In this document: positions 62,560 to 64,000 of the stretch, one piece after another | Numbering within the stretch: the first letter of the stretch is position 1 | How the letters are laid out: every line of letters starts with the position of its first letter | DNA from: Mobula birostris | Lineage: Eukaryota | Direction: 5' to 3' | Length of the DNA: 64,000 bases | Assembly (NCBI RefSeq): GCF_030028105.1 | Contig: NC_092374.1 | Coordinates: 201,577,577-201,641,576, forward strand | Position numbers and translations under genes: made by a program | Notes under the pieces: model-generated | Databases searched by the model: none | What the model saw: only the letters and a program-made list of their open reading frames with translations | Told to the model about the DNA's origin: nothing

Positions 62560-64000
62560 GCCAGCGGTGAGTGTAGGAGCATCAGGCTTTGACTCAAGAG
62601 GCTTCGACAAGAAGAGGCTGAGGCTGAAAAGCAGGTGAGAAGTGTAAGTGTTTCCTTTCGTTATTGCTGATTTGATCTTGGTTGCTCATTGCACAGCGCA
62701 GGCAGGATGACAGATATGGCTGTGGAACGTCCCTCCTGTAGGATGTGGGAATTCATGGAACCTGCTACCCTCCCTGATGACTACACCTGCGGGACGTGCA
62801 GCTAACTCCAGCTCCTGAAAGACCACATTAAGGAGCTGGTGTTGGATAAGCCAAGGATCATTCGGGAGGCAGAGCAATTGATAGATACGACATTTGAGCA
62901 GGTGGTTACACCCAGAGTGCAGAATTCAGGGAGTAGATGGGTGAACACAGAGAGAGGTAAAGGGAGTAGATGGGTGAACACAGAGAGAGGTAAAGGGAGA
63001 AGATGGGTGAACACGGAGAGAGGTAAAGGGAGAAGATGGATGAACACGGAGAGAGGTAAAGGGAGAAGATGGGTGAACACGGAGAGAGATAAAGGGAGAA
63101 GATGGGTGAACACGGAGAGAGGTAAAGGGAGAAGATGAGTGAACACGGAGAGAGTAAAGGGAGAAAGAAGTCAGTGTAGGGTGCCCCTGTGGCCAATCCC
63201 CTCAGCAACAGGTACATCCCTTTTAGATACTGATGACATGGATGATTTATCTGGGCAAGGCAGCAGCAACCAGACCAAGAGCACTGCGGTCGGCTCTGAG
63301 CCTCAGAAGGGTAGGGTGAAGTCAGACGTGTTTAGTAACATCCTCAAAACATTCTATCAGGATCATAAGGCAGGACCTGCCTTTCTCAAAGCCATGCTGA
63401 CTATCCCTAATTATATTATGGGTGAACACCTGGGGAGGTAAAGGGAGAAAGAAGTCAGTGCAAGGTCTCCCTGTGGCCATTCCCCTCAGCAACAGGTATA
63501 CCCCTTTGGATACTGGATACTGCTGAGGGGGGGATGACCTAGATGGACAAGGCAGCAACAGCCAGACGAATAGCGCTGTCGTCGGCTCTGCGCTTCAGAA
63601 GAGTAGCGTGAAGTCAGGCGGAACAATAGTCATAGGGATCTCGATAGTTAGGTGGCAGACAGGAGATTCTCCGGCAGCAAAAGAAACGTTGCCTCCTGAG
63701 TGCTAGGGTTCAGAATGTTTCTGAGCAACGTTTCTGTTTCTGTTGCAGAAAATTCTTGAAGGGGAGGGTGAGCAGCCAGAGGTCACGGTGCCTATTGATA
63801 CCAATGACATTGGCAGAAGGCGGGTAGAGGTCTTGCGCTGTAAGTTTAAGTAGTTAAGAAAGAGGCTGAAGAGCATGACCTTCAAGATGGTAATCTTTGG
63901 GTTACTCCCGGTGCTACGAGCTGGGATACTCAGAACAGGAAGACAGCGCAGACGAATGAGTGGCTGAGGAGATGGTGCAGGGTTTCAAATTCTTGGATCA
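62560..64000 (+). mobile_element. CR1 5' region/ORF1 remnant with internal VNTR and duplication
   Basis: C..C.MW...DDYTCGTC...LLKDHIKEL...QVVTP, homologous to 8824-9168; later VIGISIV and VTVPIDTNDIGRRR motifs. Confidence 0.75.
62935..63164 (+). repeat. 33-bp tandem repeat, 7 copies (agatgggtgaacacggagagaggtaaagggaga)
   Basis: Six 33-nt units and one 32-nt unit, read directly; translates to (RWVNTERGKGR)n. Confidence 0.95.

Noticed and set aside
62802-63217. Minus-strand repetitive hydrophobic ORFs (FTHLLPLPLSV)n
   Set aside because: Antisense reading of the 33-bp VNTR.

Overview
Repeat-dense vertebrate genomic DNA with five N gaps. The repeat content (CR1 LINEs, HE1/V-SINE-like SINEs, Penelope GIY-YIG remnants, Tc1 MITEs) points to a cartilaginous fish, probably a shark or ray (inference). 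Two host genes can be assembled by hand from splice signals and reading frame. (1) Minus strand, 34347 to 22680: a five-exon immunoglobulin-superfamily gene, leader + single-exon V(J) + three C1-set domains, 1368 nt = 455 aa. All introns are phase 1, there are no RSS and no transmembrane segment, and there is one unpaired Cys in the J-like WSGCG motif. This architecture matches UrIg, the non-rearranging, secreted, MHC-linked antibody-like gene reported in elasmobranchs (recalled from the literature, not verified by search). (2) Plus strand, 50040 to 61654: a six-exon TRIM gene (RING, B-box, coiled coil, PRY-SPRY) transcribed divergently from the Ig gene, with several splice or frame irregularities. 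The main items for follow-up are the Ig gene, a perfect splice donor overlapping its stop codon (a possible alternative C-terminus), the status of the TRIM gene, and an apparent CpG-retaining domain around both genes. Nearly all other ORFs in the track are retroelement fragments or simple-repeat artefacts. Repeat boundaries are approximate.
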